NCBI GenBank assembly: GCA_951406725.2 | Contig: OX597817.1 | Span: 101,494,001 to 101,558,000, forward strand | Direction of reading: 5' to 3' | Source: Octopus vulgaris | Lineage: Eukaryota | Length of the DNA stretch: 64,000 bases | Shown here: positions 27,106 to 39,682 of the stretch, in pieces | How the letters are laid out: every line of letters begins with the position of its first letter | Numbering within the stretch: position 1 is the stretch's first letter | Program-made: the position numbers and the translations under genes | Notes under the pieces: model-generated | The model's input: only the letters and a program-made list of their open reading frames with translations | Database searches by the model: none | Told to the model about the DNA's origin: nothing

Positions 27106-27460
27106 CAAAAAAAAAAAGTTAGTTATAAATTAATTAAACTAATTATAATGCAAAATGTCAAAATGTTTTGTTTCTTTCATTGATGTTTTTCAAGTTGCAT
27201 TTTGTTCCATACTTCTTGTTTCCTTTCGTATATTTAGGCTTTACCCTCCACATGTTCTTCTTGTCGGAATTCATGTATTATTTGTCTTTTAGTTATCTCA
27301 AATTATTTCTAGTCTCTTTAAACTACCATTATATGTGTGTGTGTGTGAGCATGTGTGCAAATATATATGTGTATAAGTGAATGTAAGTACATAGAAACAT
27401 TTATACACATGGGCGTGTGCGTATATATGGCTATGTATACCTTTATGTGTATATGTATGT

Positions 27461-27514
<54 letters not shown>

Positions 27515-27517
27515 GTA

Positions 27518-27553
<36 letters not shown>

Positions 27554-27566
27554 CGTATATATATAC

Positions 27567-27631
<65 letters not shown>

Positions 27632-27912
27632 CACACGCACACACACATCATGCATACATTTGGTGGCTAGACAAATAAGACACACGACAGCAGTTTATTC
27701 GCTGAGAATGCATTGGAGTTAATTAAAAAAATTAGGTTATGACTATTGCTATGTCAAACAAGTTTTCAAAAGAAGACTGTACACTTGAACACATGCATGC
27801 ATGCATTCATATATACATACGCAAACACAAGTAAATATACATGCATATATGTACGTATAAATAAATCCATATACATATATATGTACTTATATATGTATAT
27901 GTGTGTTTGTGT

Positions 27913-27954
<42 letters not shown>

Positions 27955-27955
<1 letters not shown>

Positions 27956-28560
27956 CTACAGTTTACTCAAAGTAGCCGCTATCAGCTTCCAGGGCTCCAG
28001 AAACTAGAGCATGCATTCCTCACTCTGTACTTGGGAAGTATTTCGAACATCTTGATCTTGGCCACTATCCCAACCTTAATGTTGCAGGCAGAGTGATTGG
28101 TGTCTTTTTCAACTGTATCCCACACGACAATCGGGGGAATTAGGAGGCCAGAAATTAGGAGGCTAGTGAAGTAGAAATTATCCGGGGGTATGTTAACGAA
28201 CCAAATCCTGCTGCCACGTATATAGACTTCCAGCAGCAACCCTCTTCAATTGTGGATTGGCCATACTCTTCAGCTGCTTCACGTAGCTATCTGAATTGAG
28301 CCTAAGTCCTTGTTTAAAAAACGTGGGGATTCATTCTGGCGTGCGAACGCCGTATCAACGCTTCTGTATCACTTCCTAATAACCACGGTTTCACAGCTAT
28401 CCATATCATGTCTTTCAGTTTTCACAGCGCTCACAGACAATGAGCAGCAGACATGTTGTCGGCATTTTGATACTTGGCATGAATCAGCATGATTCTCTTT
28501 TCCAATATTCATATGGTTTCTAGACGTTCATGTCAGTTAGCTTTTTCTCTACTGCAAATG
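27955..28560 (-). mobile_element. Second maT-like (Tc1/mariner) transposase fossil
   Basis: Minus strand LNSDSYVKQL...KRVAAGSLYTWQQD...DNFY...FWPPNSPD...VWDTVEKDTN, paralleling the element at 4638-5932. Confidence 0.75.
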
Positions 28561-28959
28561 TAATCTTTATACTCTCAACGCCGTTGACTTATCACCGATA
28601 CATCAAGCTTTGTCTGTAAAAGGGAGCCATAACAATCGTCAAATTTATCTCGAACACACTATGTATTTATATCTATATACTGCCTAATTGTTCTGGTGTC
28701 CGCTGAATTTTTCCTCAAGAGAACATTCTTTTCTTTGTAGTTTGATCGTAGGTGATCTATTTCTAGCATACGGCCGACTACCTAGTGGTCTTGCCCTTTG
28801 AATATACACATGTATTAGAATTTTCTCTGATTTTTCAGATTTTTGTATGCTAGGCTACTGGTTTTAAATAGATATTAATTAAATTAATATTAAATTTACC
28901 TCCCTCATTTTTTAAATATATCTATATACCTATATCTAACCATTTCTATCTATCTATAT

Positions 28960-29330
28960 CTTTTATCCTTTACTTGTTTCAGTCATTAGTTGATTGCGAC
29001 CACGCTGGGGCACTCCTTGAAGAATCTCAATCGAAACAATCGACCCCACTACTTGCTTTCTTTTTTTATGCCTCGTACTTATGTAATCGATCACTTTAGC
29101 TGAACCACTAGATTACGGGGACATAAACGCACCAACACTAGCTGTCATGAAGTAGTGGAAGATAAATCCCACAAACGCATATATACAAGCTTCTTTCAGT
29201 TTCTCTCTGCTAAATCCACACAGAAGACTTTAGTCGACCGGAGGATATAGCAGAGGAAACTCCCACAAGATGCCACAGAGTGGGTCTGAACCCAAAATGG
29301 TGTGGGGCAAATTTCTCAGCACACTCCGCC
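28960..29330 (-). mobile_element. SINE family B (CORE-type), diverged full copy
   Basis: Collinear with 31175-31556 (TTTACTTGTTTCAGTCATT...TTCTTTCAGTTTC...AAATCCAC...CTGAACCC). Confidence 0.75.
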
Positions 29331-29449
29331 TAGATATATCTATGTATGTGTGTGTGTGTGGGGGGGGGGGTATGTGCGCGCGCGTGTGTGTGTATGTATG
29401 CATGTATGTATAGTGTTAGGTGTGGTGTACAGAAATTGAATATTGAGAA

Positions 29450-29645
29450 AAAAAAGTCGTCAGAATTTTGGAAAAAAATCTTTTTATTTCTTCATTAGCG
29501 CTTTCGTTCGCTTCTTGAACTTGTCAAATATAATTTTTGGAATGTACAAACAGCTTGTTCATTTATATAAAACACACGTTCTTTTGGGTTTCGTTTAGAA
29601 GAGAACGGTGTTTTTTTTTTGGGGGGGGGGATTCCATGACAATGG

Positions 29646-29683
<38 letters not shown>

Positions 29684-30313
29684 ATAGATAGACAGACAGA
29701 CAGACAGACAGATAGATGGATAGATTGATTGATAGATTCACCATTCATTTATTTATTTAGTCATTTACCATTGTTTTGGAATTGGTTTAAGGATGGTGAC
29801 CGCTTCAAAAAAAAAAACACGTGTGGTGTGCTGTGGTCATCACTGAAAGTATTTTTGCTTTCTTTCTCTCTTCCCCTCTTTTTGTTTTCTTTTTGCTCTC
29901 TTGTTTCCTTCTTTTTTCCTCTTTTTTTCTTTTTCTCCTCTTTGAGTTATATTTAGAATACAAAATATACTGTCTCCCCTTTTCCTTTCAAACATTTAAT
30001 TCTGGAGATAATTTTTTGATGAAATGTAGTTCTGCATGAAAAAATAGTATAATAATTACATTAAAAATTTATTAAAAATAAAATAAATAAATAAAATTAA
30101 TTAATATATATACGCAAAGTTATAATATGCCAATCCTACGCATATACATACCAGGGCATTTGTAGAGATGAGCCACATTAGGAATAAAATATACAAATTC
30201 TCCGCTTTACCTTCAAGCATTCAATTTTGGAGAGGATCCCTTGATGAAGTGTGTATGCGTGCGTGCGTGCGTATGCGTGTGTGTGTGTGTGTGTGTGTGA
30301 GTGTGTATGTGTG

Positions 30314-30349
<36 letters not shown>

Positions 30350-31172
30350 TGTTTGTGTTTGTGTGTGTGTGTAACTTCGATGTTTTGTGTTGAAAAACAA
30401 AATCACACCTCTTTCAATTTCATGTTTTTGTATTAGAGAACATTAGTATAACACTTACGAACTAGAAAAATGCGCAAATTTCAGACCATCTCAATGCCAC
30501 ACATATACATCTGAATATTTACAATGATGAGCATTATGTTTCCGATATTTGAGTAATATTTAGAATACAATATGTACTGTCTCCTCGTTTCTTTCAAACA
30601 TTTTGAAGAGAATTTTTTCATGAAATGTAGTTCCATTGCTTTTCAGTATTGCGGATCGTCCCGTGCACATTTGTAAAATTTGTAAAATTTTGAATTTTCC
30701 GTGGCTGCATATTTCCAGATGCTTACTTAATGGAATCTTGCGTAATTCCCTTTGCCGGATATATTGCGAGTGGATTCTTACAAATTGGCAGAGGGAATTA
30801 TTTGTCTCGCCAATGTAATTTTCTTTGCAGTTTGGGCAGGTAATGCAGTATATGAGGTTTTCCGTTTTGCAGTTGATATCTGCATTTATTTTGAACAGGG
30901 ATCCGCTCTTGAATTTTATGTGGGAACCACTTTCCAAGTATTTGAAGTTGTTGCATGTTCCACATCTCCTATCTCCACATTCTTTTACTAAGAATTCTTA
31001 TTCATTCTCTGATTTGAATTCTGCCCTTTGAGGTGTTTTTTTAAAGATGTTTTGGTTAGCGTCCACTATTCCGTAAGGTATTTTTTTTTTCAATCCAATT
31101 TTTCATATTGGAGCTTTGTAGGAGTATAGGTAAGTTCGATTTTATGGCGTGAAAGATGTTGGTTATTCCAGG
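29450..31172 (-). mobile_element. Penelope-like element, 3' half (linker, GIY-YIG, pLTR); continuation of 37012-38880
   Basis: ORF 30560..30937 NCKTENLIYCITCPNCKENYIGET. 29950-30031 is a direct repeat of 30557-30633 (pLTR-like). Confidence 0.85.
29493..29530 (-). ncRNA. Minimal hammerhead, U3-A8 compensatory core
   Basis: Minus strand: TAT TTGACAA GTTC-AAGAAGC-GAAC GAA AGCGCT A / ATG. Confidence 0.7.
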
Positions 31173-31783
31173 TCTCTCTTTACTCTTTTACTTGTTTCAG
31201 TCATTTGCCTGCGGCCATGCTGGAGCACCACCTTTAGTCGAGCAAATCGACCCCGGGACTTATTCTTTGTAAGCTCAGTACTTATTCTATCGGTCTCTTT
31301 TGCCGAACCGCTAAGTGACGGGGACACACCAGCATCGGTTGTCAAGCAATGCTAGGAGGACAAACACAGACACACAAACACACACACACATACATATATA
31401 TATATACATATATACGACAGGCTTCTTTTTAGTTTCCGTCTACCAAATCCACTCACAAGGCATTGGTCGGCCCGGGGCTATAGCAGAAGACACTTGCCCA
31501 AGGTGTCACACAGTGGGACTGAACCCAGAACCATGTGGTTGGTTAGCAAGCTACTTTATTTCATATAATTTGCCATTTAGGCATTTACAAAGAGGGGACA
31601 AACAAGGACAGACAAATATAAAGGGTGAAGTAGCTTAACACAGTTACAATTTTCGAATGAAATTACGGATAAGATTATAAACATGAATTTTACGAAGGCA
31701 ATGTTTAAAAATATTAATGATCATGTCGAAGGACAGACACCCAGCCATCCGGGTAGAACCTTTACTTTCTGATCCGGTCACAC

Positions 31784-34700
31784 TTACCTGGTGTCAAACA
31801 TACCCATCTTGTATGCCACAGACTTCCATCTTTTCACAAACATATCTCGTGACAGACACCTCTTCTCCAGCCTGATTTTGCTACTGAGGTGGTAACTAAA
31901 AAAGTTAATCAACCCCTGGCCGGAGACAAAGGTGCCTGTCACTATACCTTTCGTACGCGTCTTCCATACTGTTTCTTTCAGTATGGCTACTACACAGAAA
32001 AAACAAGCCTTTCTTTCCCTGTTAAGGAAAGGGGGCGGCACAATCTCGATGATAGACTCAGCTGATAGCTGTACTCTTCTCATCACTGACAACAGTTGTT
32101 CAACAAAAGCTATCAGTCCCGATAACTCCGGACACTCCACGAATGCGTGCAAGACGGTCTCCCTATCCTGCTCACATCGCGGGCATGTCGGCGAGACGGC
32201 ACTACCGTGCCTTGACAGCTTGTCGCGAACAGGTAAAGCCGCACGGAAATACTGCCAGGCTAGGGATTTCTGGTAATTATCCAGATACCCCGGCCCGAAC
32301 GTCCTCCGGAACAGGTTGACCAACTGATTTTCATCGTAGCCCAGGGTCTCCCTCAAGGCGTCTTCGGACTTAATCTCCACTAACCCGCTATAAAATCCGT
32401 GGTGGAACTCCTGTTGCCGGCGTTGCCCACCCGAGATAGTAGCTGGAGCGCCTGACGGCACTCCAAATGCTATTCACTCAGTTTAGGTCTCCGCTTGATC
32501 CATGCACCGATGTCCGTTAGGGATGTTAACTGGGGAAGGTAGAACCGAACGTGCGGCGACCACACCTGCTCTCCATACAGGTAAAGCCAGAGGTGCCTCA
32601 ACCTTAACGCGAGTTTTCGCATCCTCAGCCAAGGCATCCCTAGCCCACCCTTTAGCGGTTTCTGGCAGCAGACAGAGCGCTTTACAAGTGGCTTTCCTCC
32701 TTTCCACAAAAATCGGAAAAGGATTCTCTCCAACTTGTTCAGCCACAAATCGGGGCAAGGCACCACGGTCAGACGGTAGGTAATTACTGATGCTATAAAC
32801 ATCTGCACCACCTCCACCTTCCCTAGCAGGGATAACGCCCGCCCAGACCAGGTCTGAGTTAGAGCGGTCACCTTGTTGGCCACCTCACTCCAATTTTTCT
32901 CAATCTGGAGGTCTGGCCCGAACCAGACTCCGAGCAGCTTAACAGGACCTTCCGTCCAACGCCCTACGACGTTATTGGACGGCATCGGCTTGCCCCTCCA
33001 GGTGCCGAGTTGCAAACCGACCGACTTGTCCTTGTTAACCTTTGCTCCTGCCACCGCCTCGTAGCTTTTGATGGCCTCTTCCACCACTGGAAGCTGGCCT
33101 TCGTCTGCCACGATGATGGAGGTGTCATCCGCATACGCCGTAGCTCCTCTTCCACACCATAGATCATGCGGCGCGCCCCCTAGTGCCTCCAACTTCCGCA
33201 GCAAAGGCTCAAGAGCCAATACGTATAGGAGCGAGGACAGGGGACACCCTTGACGAACTGAACGCTCGATCCTGAACGGCTTCGAAAAGGAACCGTTCAC
33301 CTTGACTACAGACTCGATGTCGCTATACAAAGCAGCGATCCAACCTCGAAAGGTCGGGCCTAGGCCAGCCTCTCCGAGGACCGCCGCCAGGTACCGATGG
33401 TCGACCCTATCAAATGCTTTGGACTGGTCTAAATGTACCAGTGCTCCCCCTGCGCCAGAAAGCTTCCCCACCCTCTCTAAGGAGTAGCGTATAAGGTGGA
33501 GATTGTCGTGGATCGTTCTGCCGGGGATAGCGCACGTTTGCGCTTCCCCGACAAGTTTGTCCACGACCCGCGCCAACCTTTTTGCTAGCACCTTGGCCAG
33601 AATCTTTAACTCTGTGTTTAACAGAGTTATGGACCTGAAGTTCCCTATCTCGTCCCCCTTGTTCGGGTCCTTCTTGATCAACGTCACCGCCCCCCGGCTC
33701 GCAGACTTGGGAATTCTCCCATTCTGCTGCCAGTTGGCGTAGACGCTAGCCAGCAGGTGCCCGAACAAGTCTGGTATACTTCTATAAAATTCATAGGGCA
33801 GACCATCGAGACCCGGCGACTTCTCTCCGGGGCACTTGCCCAACACCTCGATTACTTCCTCGGCTGTGATTGGCCCTTCACAGCACTCAGCCTCTCGTGT
33901 CGAGAGGCGCGGGCCACCAGACAGGAAGTCCCTAAGGGCCTCACCATGATCCAGCGTCCCGCACCTCCCGAACAACTCGGCGAAGTGCTTGTGAAGTGCC
34001 TCACACATCTCGTCCCGCTTCTTGATCGTGCATCCGTTTTCATCAACAAGAGACCCAATTGTGGCATCGTTTCCACGCTGTGTTTCTATCGTACGGGCCC
34101 ATCCGGCAACATTAATTCCCTCACGGCCCAATGCTCGTACTTTAGCCCGGACTCTACATCCCTCATGTTTGGTTTTGAGGTGACGGTCTAATGCCGTTCT
34201 CGCCGCTAAAATGTGAGATGCAGAGCCCAACCTCAACGCCTCCTCTAAGTTCTTAACTAGTTGCCCTTCTATTCTAGCCCTATCTAGTCTTAGTTGTTTA
34301 CTAAATCTAATGGACTCGAATCGAATGGCTCTTTTGAGGGTGAACCACCACCGGTTATTAACCACGGCTCCGGTTAACGCCCTCTGCACTAACACCTTAA
34401 TCCGGCTACGGTATGCCTCGCGTGTCAAAATAGACTTGTTCAGCTTCCAGTAGCCGGTTCCTATCTTAAGTGTGCTATCTATGTCCAGTCTACACGTGAC
34501 CATTCTATGGTCAGTATAGGGCACCTGGACGAGCTGTGGACAACTAAAACTAGACTTATCTCTAGTGATTATCACTATCCTGTCTAGATAAGACTTGAAC
34601 CTTCCGTCGCCACTCATCCAGGTCCACTCTGGGACGTTCGGATGGTCAAGTCTGTAACGATCTGCTAGCTGAAACCGCTTAAGCAGATCCACGAGACGTG

Positions 34701-35184
34701 AGTTCACTTTCCTATAGATCGAGCCAACGCTATCGATGTGTACGTCAACGATAGCATTAAAGTCCCCTAATATCACTAAAGTCTTCGACGTCACGAGAAA
34801 GCCCTCTAGGCGCCGATAAAAATCAGTTTGGAAACCTCTAGCACAAGGTGCATAGAGTCCGATCAACCTGAAGGCCTTACTGCTGTATATCACATCAAGG
34901 ACGACCAGCCCACCTTCTGGGTCTACATAGACTGTACTTGTCTGTAGAGCCAAGTCTTTACAGATCAGTACCACTACGCCCCCTCGCCCTCCGGTCTGGC
35001 CAGGAGACATGATTTTCTCGTAGCCATTCAGGAGAGGCGAGAAGGTTTGTAGGCTGTCCAGCTTGGTCTCTGTAGCAACCATCACATGTATATCATGTGA
35101 TCTGAGGTCGTCGAGGAAACAAGCCTGCTTCCACTTCGAACTCAGACCACGCACATTTAAACAACCAAGGTTAAGCGAAGCCAT
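31784..35184 (-). pseudogene. Tx1 ORF2 (APE endonuclease, reverse transcriptase, CCHC finger); one nonsense codon (32470-32472) and one 1-nt frameshift (~32393)
   Basis: LNVRGL, ETKL, GDFN, LDRI, TDH (APE). KSPGLDG, DQSKAFDRVDH, VRQGCPLS, YADD (RT). CPRCEQDRETVLHAFVEC (zinc finger). Confidence 0.93.
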
Positions 35185-35201
35185 TACAAAAAGTAAAAGT
35201 T

Positions 35202-36622
35202 CTACTTACACTTCGTTGGAGAGGTGGGGGCCGACCTCACCACACGTTTGTGGGCCCCTTCTTTCTCCTCTTTCTTCAGATAGTCCGGCAAGTTCGCGAT
35301 ATGCCGGATGGCGTTTGGGTGTCTGTCATTTAATTGTTTGAACGTTGTTTCCGCAATCCACGCGTGTCTATTTCGATCTTTGTATTTGTTGTACAGTCTT
35401 GCTGACTGATGCTGAACCACAATATCGTTTATGTATTTGTCTTGTGTGTCGAATTCAATTAATATGAGTTCATTTTCTTTTTTGTCTTCTTTTTCTGGGC
35501 CAGTTGAGCGGGATTTTTTTCCGTGTCTGTGGTGTGTCTTTGTTTTTATTATTTTTTGTAGGGGATGAGGACGGGGATGCTGCACGAATTATTTAACGAA
35601 CTGGTGTAAATCCCCCCTCTGATACCTCCATGGTATCGTCTGGGGTAGCAATAGTTTGTTCGGTAGGCGCCGCAGTTTTTAGGGGGGTGGGAGGTTTTAA
35701 TAGTGTAGGGGTTTGTGAGTGCGAGGGCTGGGTTTTTTCTTCAGTCTGTTTTGGGGTTGGCACCGTAACAGTAGGAGTGGGATTTTTTGTTTTTGTAGGG
35801 TTAGGTGTGTTTGCAAGGGTAGGGACTTTTTTATTATCTGGGGGGCCTGGTGTCTGCGGTTTCTTTTGCTTGTCTGGACAGTCTACACGAATGTTGCCCT
35901 TTTTGCCGCAGGTGTAACAGGTGGGTTTTCGGCCTTCGACCTGTACCCTGAGGGTTACGTTCTCGCCCACGGATACCCTCTCAGGAAGGAGCTGCAGGTC
36001 CTCCGCTGTTCCTTGAATTAATATATTAATGTTACGCCCGAGCCAAAATCGAGGGGTAGAGCATGTTACTTCTAGTATTTTTATTTTGTCCGCCCTTTTA
36101 TATAACAGGGCGGCCACTACCTCTACAATCCTGACCCGGGGCTTCTACAATCCTGACCCGGGACGTCCTGCGTCCCCTATAGCTTGGGAAAAGTACCACC
36201 TCCTTGGTTTTTAGGGGGCTCACAGAATGCCCGCGGGCCATTTCTTCCCCCGAGAAGCGGACATCCACAGTGCCATATGCCCGTCCCCTGGCGACGTACA
36301 CGATGTCCTTCCAAATCGGGGACAGGCATTTCTCGATGGTGCTTTTTTCAAAGTGTTTGAACCTTCTGCTTTGTGGACAGAAAGTTTTAAACACTACGGT
36401 CCGCTTCTCGGTCTCCACGATACTGGCGGAGGGTGATATTTTAACATCACCACCCTCCTCTTGCATTCTTTTAAATAGCTCGACGAGCTGGTTGACATCG
36501 ATGTCAATGTTCTCGGTAGCCACTGCGGCTACCGCAGAAAATTTTTTAACATTGCTCTCCTCAAGAGCACTACTTTCGTGAATAATTTCAACAGACATTA
36601 ATCTGTTGAAATTAGACAACAC
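35202..36622 (-). pseudogene. Tx1 ORF1 (gag-like, zinc knuckle), broken into three ORFs
   Basis: ORFs 36098..36622, 35593..36117 (CYTCGKKGNIRVDC) and 35202..35585. Disrupted by a 22-nt tandem duplication (TCTACAATCCTGACCCGGG at 36122 and 36144), a stop at 35593 and a homopolymer frameshift. Confidence 0.85.
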
Positions 36623-37011
36623 AAAAATTACGAGTATTGGTTTCCCACAAAACTGGGAAACCTATAGAAAGTTTTTTTTCCAAAGTAGTTCAAAAAAGCA
36701 GTTCAAAAATTCCAATTCCCACCCCCATTCGGGGGAGGGGCACGAAAATAGTCTGGCAGGACTATATATAGTCACGTAAATAAAAAGCCACAGTTCAACG
36801 GTAAGAAATTATTCAATTATTTCCCGGTAAAACCGGAGAACAAGACAGTTCAGCAACGTTTAAAGGCAAATTTTCAGTAGTAGGAATTCAACAATTAACA
36901 ACACAGCAAAACTCTTACCGGGAAGAAAACGCGTCCAAACCGTAGTACGGTAAGCAAAGTCACTCTTCTGTCAGTGAGGTTAGCAAGCTACTTACCACAC
37001 AGCCACTCCTG

Positions 37012-38880
37012 TGTGTTAACGAAAGGAATCGTGTTTTCATTAACTTTTTCATTAGGCGTCCGTAGTTGGGAGAGTTTCAGCTTCATCGCCTTTTTAATTC
37101 CCTCACTAATTAATCCTAAGGGGTATTTCTGCATTGTGAGGAAGCCTTTGAGATCGTTGAGTCAGATTTCACGTATTTTGGGGTCAGTCACTATAGCACA
37201 GACGCGTCTTGCCATGCTGTATGGGATGTGTTTTTTTTCTATGTGTGATGAATGGCAAAAGTAGAAACTTAAATATCGGTGTGTGTGTCAGTTTTTTTGC
37301 AAAATATGTCTGTTTTGACTGTGGAGTTCTGTATTTTTATGTGGATATCCAGGAATTGTAATTCATTGCAATTGGATTCTGTCGTGAATTTGATGGATGG
37401 GTGAAGTGTGTTCAGTATATTGTTAAATATACTTAGATCTTCAATCGAACTGTCGCAGAAGAGGAAGCAATCATCAAGGAATCGTTTCTACTTTTTAATT
37501 ATATATTTCTTGTATTCCTGATCAAAAGCTGTTTCTACTTCCTCATAAACTTTTTCTTTCAAGTATCCCATAACTAAGTTTGCATATGAGGGTGGAAACC
37601 ACGTACCTATAGCCGTGTCCTTTATTTGTCGATATGTTTTATTGTCGAATCTAAAGGTATTTTCTTCTAGTAGTAGACGTATGGCCTTGGTGATGAAGTC
37701 AGTCTTGATGCGTTCATTTATCCGTCCTCTATGTTTCTCTACCCAGTGTTTGATTGCCTCTATGCCTAAATGTGGGGTATATTAGTGTAGAGATTGTGAC
37801 ATCAAAACGTGTAAGTATAATACCTTCTGCGACAGTGGGAGGAATGTGTTGGATGAAATGTATGTCATCCCGAACATAACTGGGTATTAAAGGGCACAAA
37901 GGTTTTAGGAGTATATCTAAAAAATGACTTAGTTGTTGAGTTGGTACTTGATTTCCAGCAACTACTAGTCTTAGTTTGAGTTCAGCAGGCCTTAGTATTT
38001 TTACGTACTGGTTCTTCTGCTTATTTATGGCACCTTGTATTTCGGAGCTTTTGTGGATTTTCTCTCTTTGATTACAGAGTTGCATATATAATCTTTCTCT
38101 TTGTCTGTGAAGAATTCTTGGAATTCATTGATTAGCCTTCTGATTTTATTCATTATTATTTTTTCTGTGTGTCTTAGTTCTTCCTTGTAGTAGGTTTAGC
38201 TTGTTAACATTTCCAATATTTTATCTTTATGATAGTCCTTGTCCATGATTACTGTTGCCCTTCCTTTATCGGCTTCTATTAGGATGATTGCGTTGTCATT
38301 CTTCAGTGTTTGTAAGGCTTCCTTTTCTTCTTCACGAAGGTTTTGTTTGCATCTGTGGGTATTTAGAGGAAATTTTGAAATCGTGTCTATATACGCGTCT
38401 TAATATTTGTCCTTTCCCTTGTAGGGGTGAAGTGGGATTTATTTCTGACTATTGATTCATTATTTAAATCCTTACTGCTGAAGAATTCTATAAGTCGGAG
38501 GTGGCGGTTGAAATGTTCAATATCAGATTTCAGTTCTATGTGATTAGGGATGGGTGTTGGGGTAAACTTGAAACTTTTTAATAGGAGGTTCATCTGATTT
38601 TGTTGAGGTTTTATTTGACAAATTTATGCTCTTCGGGTCTATATGTTCTGTGTGTTCATTTAAATTTTGTGTTTTATCGTGTCCGGTGCGTGATTTTGGT
38701 ATTTTCTCCCAAAAAAGGAATCGTGTTACCATGTCTCCATTTTTTGATTTTGAAGTTTAGGATCCTCTGTAAGCAGGAGGATGGTTCATGTCTTTTATAC
38801 GAATTCCGTTGGTTCTAAGTTTTGTTTTCTTCCCATCTTCCATGATTTTGTCACCATTCAGGATATATAGAACTTTGGGT
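37012..38880 (-). mobile_element. Penelope-like element, 5' half (RT), degraded
   Basis: ORFs 38387..38593 (FKFTPTP...DIEHFNRHLRLIEFF) and 37729..38085 (LRLVVAG...LSHFLDILLKP). ADKG near 38265, RFLDD near 37480, HIPYSMARRVC near 37215. Confidence 0.85.
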
Positions 38881-38969
38881 CGTAAATCGTGTGTTGCTTG
38901 GGTTATCATTATTATTATTATTCATATTATAGAACCTGTGCTGTTAGTATTTTATTTGTCTATCTTCCC

Positions 38970-39039
38970 ATATGGCGTAGTGATTAAAAGCGCGGGCTAC
39001 TAACCCCAAATTCCGAGTTCGATTCCAGGCAGTGACCCA

Positions 39040-39090
<51 letters not shown>

Positions 39091-39438
39091 CGGCAGATGA
39101 CAACGTGTCTCTAAAAGAAATGGAGAAACTCTCAAAATACAAAGACCTGGAAATAGAGGTAACCAGAATGTGGAATCTAAAAACAGAAACAATTCCTATC
39201 ATAGTAGGTGCATTAGGCATGATAAAAAAATATTCAGACAAATACATAACAAAAACACCAGGACTTACAAACACATATAACATACAGAAAATTGCACTAC
39301 TAGGCACTGCACACATCCTACGCAGAACACTTTCCATACAATAACCATCAGAGCATCACAACAAATCACAACACATACCCAAGGCACACAGAGCTGCGCT
39401 CGGTAGTGAAGTGAAAGCACGCTATAAAAATAAAACTA

Positions 39439-39520
<82 letters not shown>

Positions 39521-39682
39521 GTAATAATAATAATAACATCGAAAAATACCTTAGGAATAAGAACCCAGATTCGAAATTTCCCCCCAAGACACCTGATGAA
39601 GGCTGGAGGGTATATCAGCCGAATCGTGTTAACAACAAGCAAGATGAGGACAAATATCCGTCAAATGTAAATACTGTAAATA

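Larger units (their letters stand above)
31557..36977 (-). mobile_element. Full-length L1/Tx1-clade non-LTR retrotransposon (5.4 kb) with 16-bp TSD
   Basis: TSD GGTTAGCAAGCTACTT at 31541-31556 and 36978-36993. ~355-nt 5' UTR, zinc-knuckle ORF1, APE-RT-CCHC ORF2, ~225-nt 3' UTR without a long poly(A). Confidence 0.93.
31173..37011 (-). mobile_element. SINE family B (tRNA head + CORE-like block), split by the Tx1 insertion into 31173-31556 and 36978-37011
   Basis: Rejoined minus strand: CAGGAGTGGCTGTGTGGTAAGTAGCTTGCTAACCAACCACATGGTTCTGGGTTCAGTCCC...CCTTGGGCAAGTGTCTT (A box, B box, CORE-like motif). Confidence 0.85.

Noticed and set aside
31932-36581. Plus-strand and alternative-frame ORFs over the Tx1 element
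   Set aside because: Shadows of a GC-rich coding sequence; no recognisable motifs.
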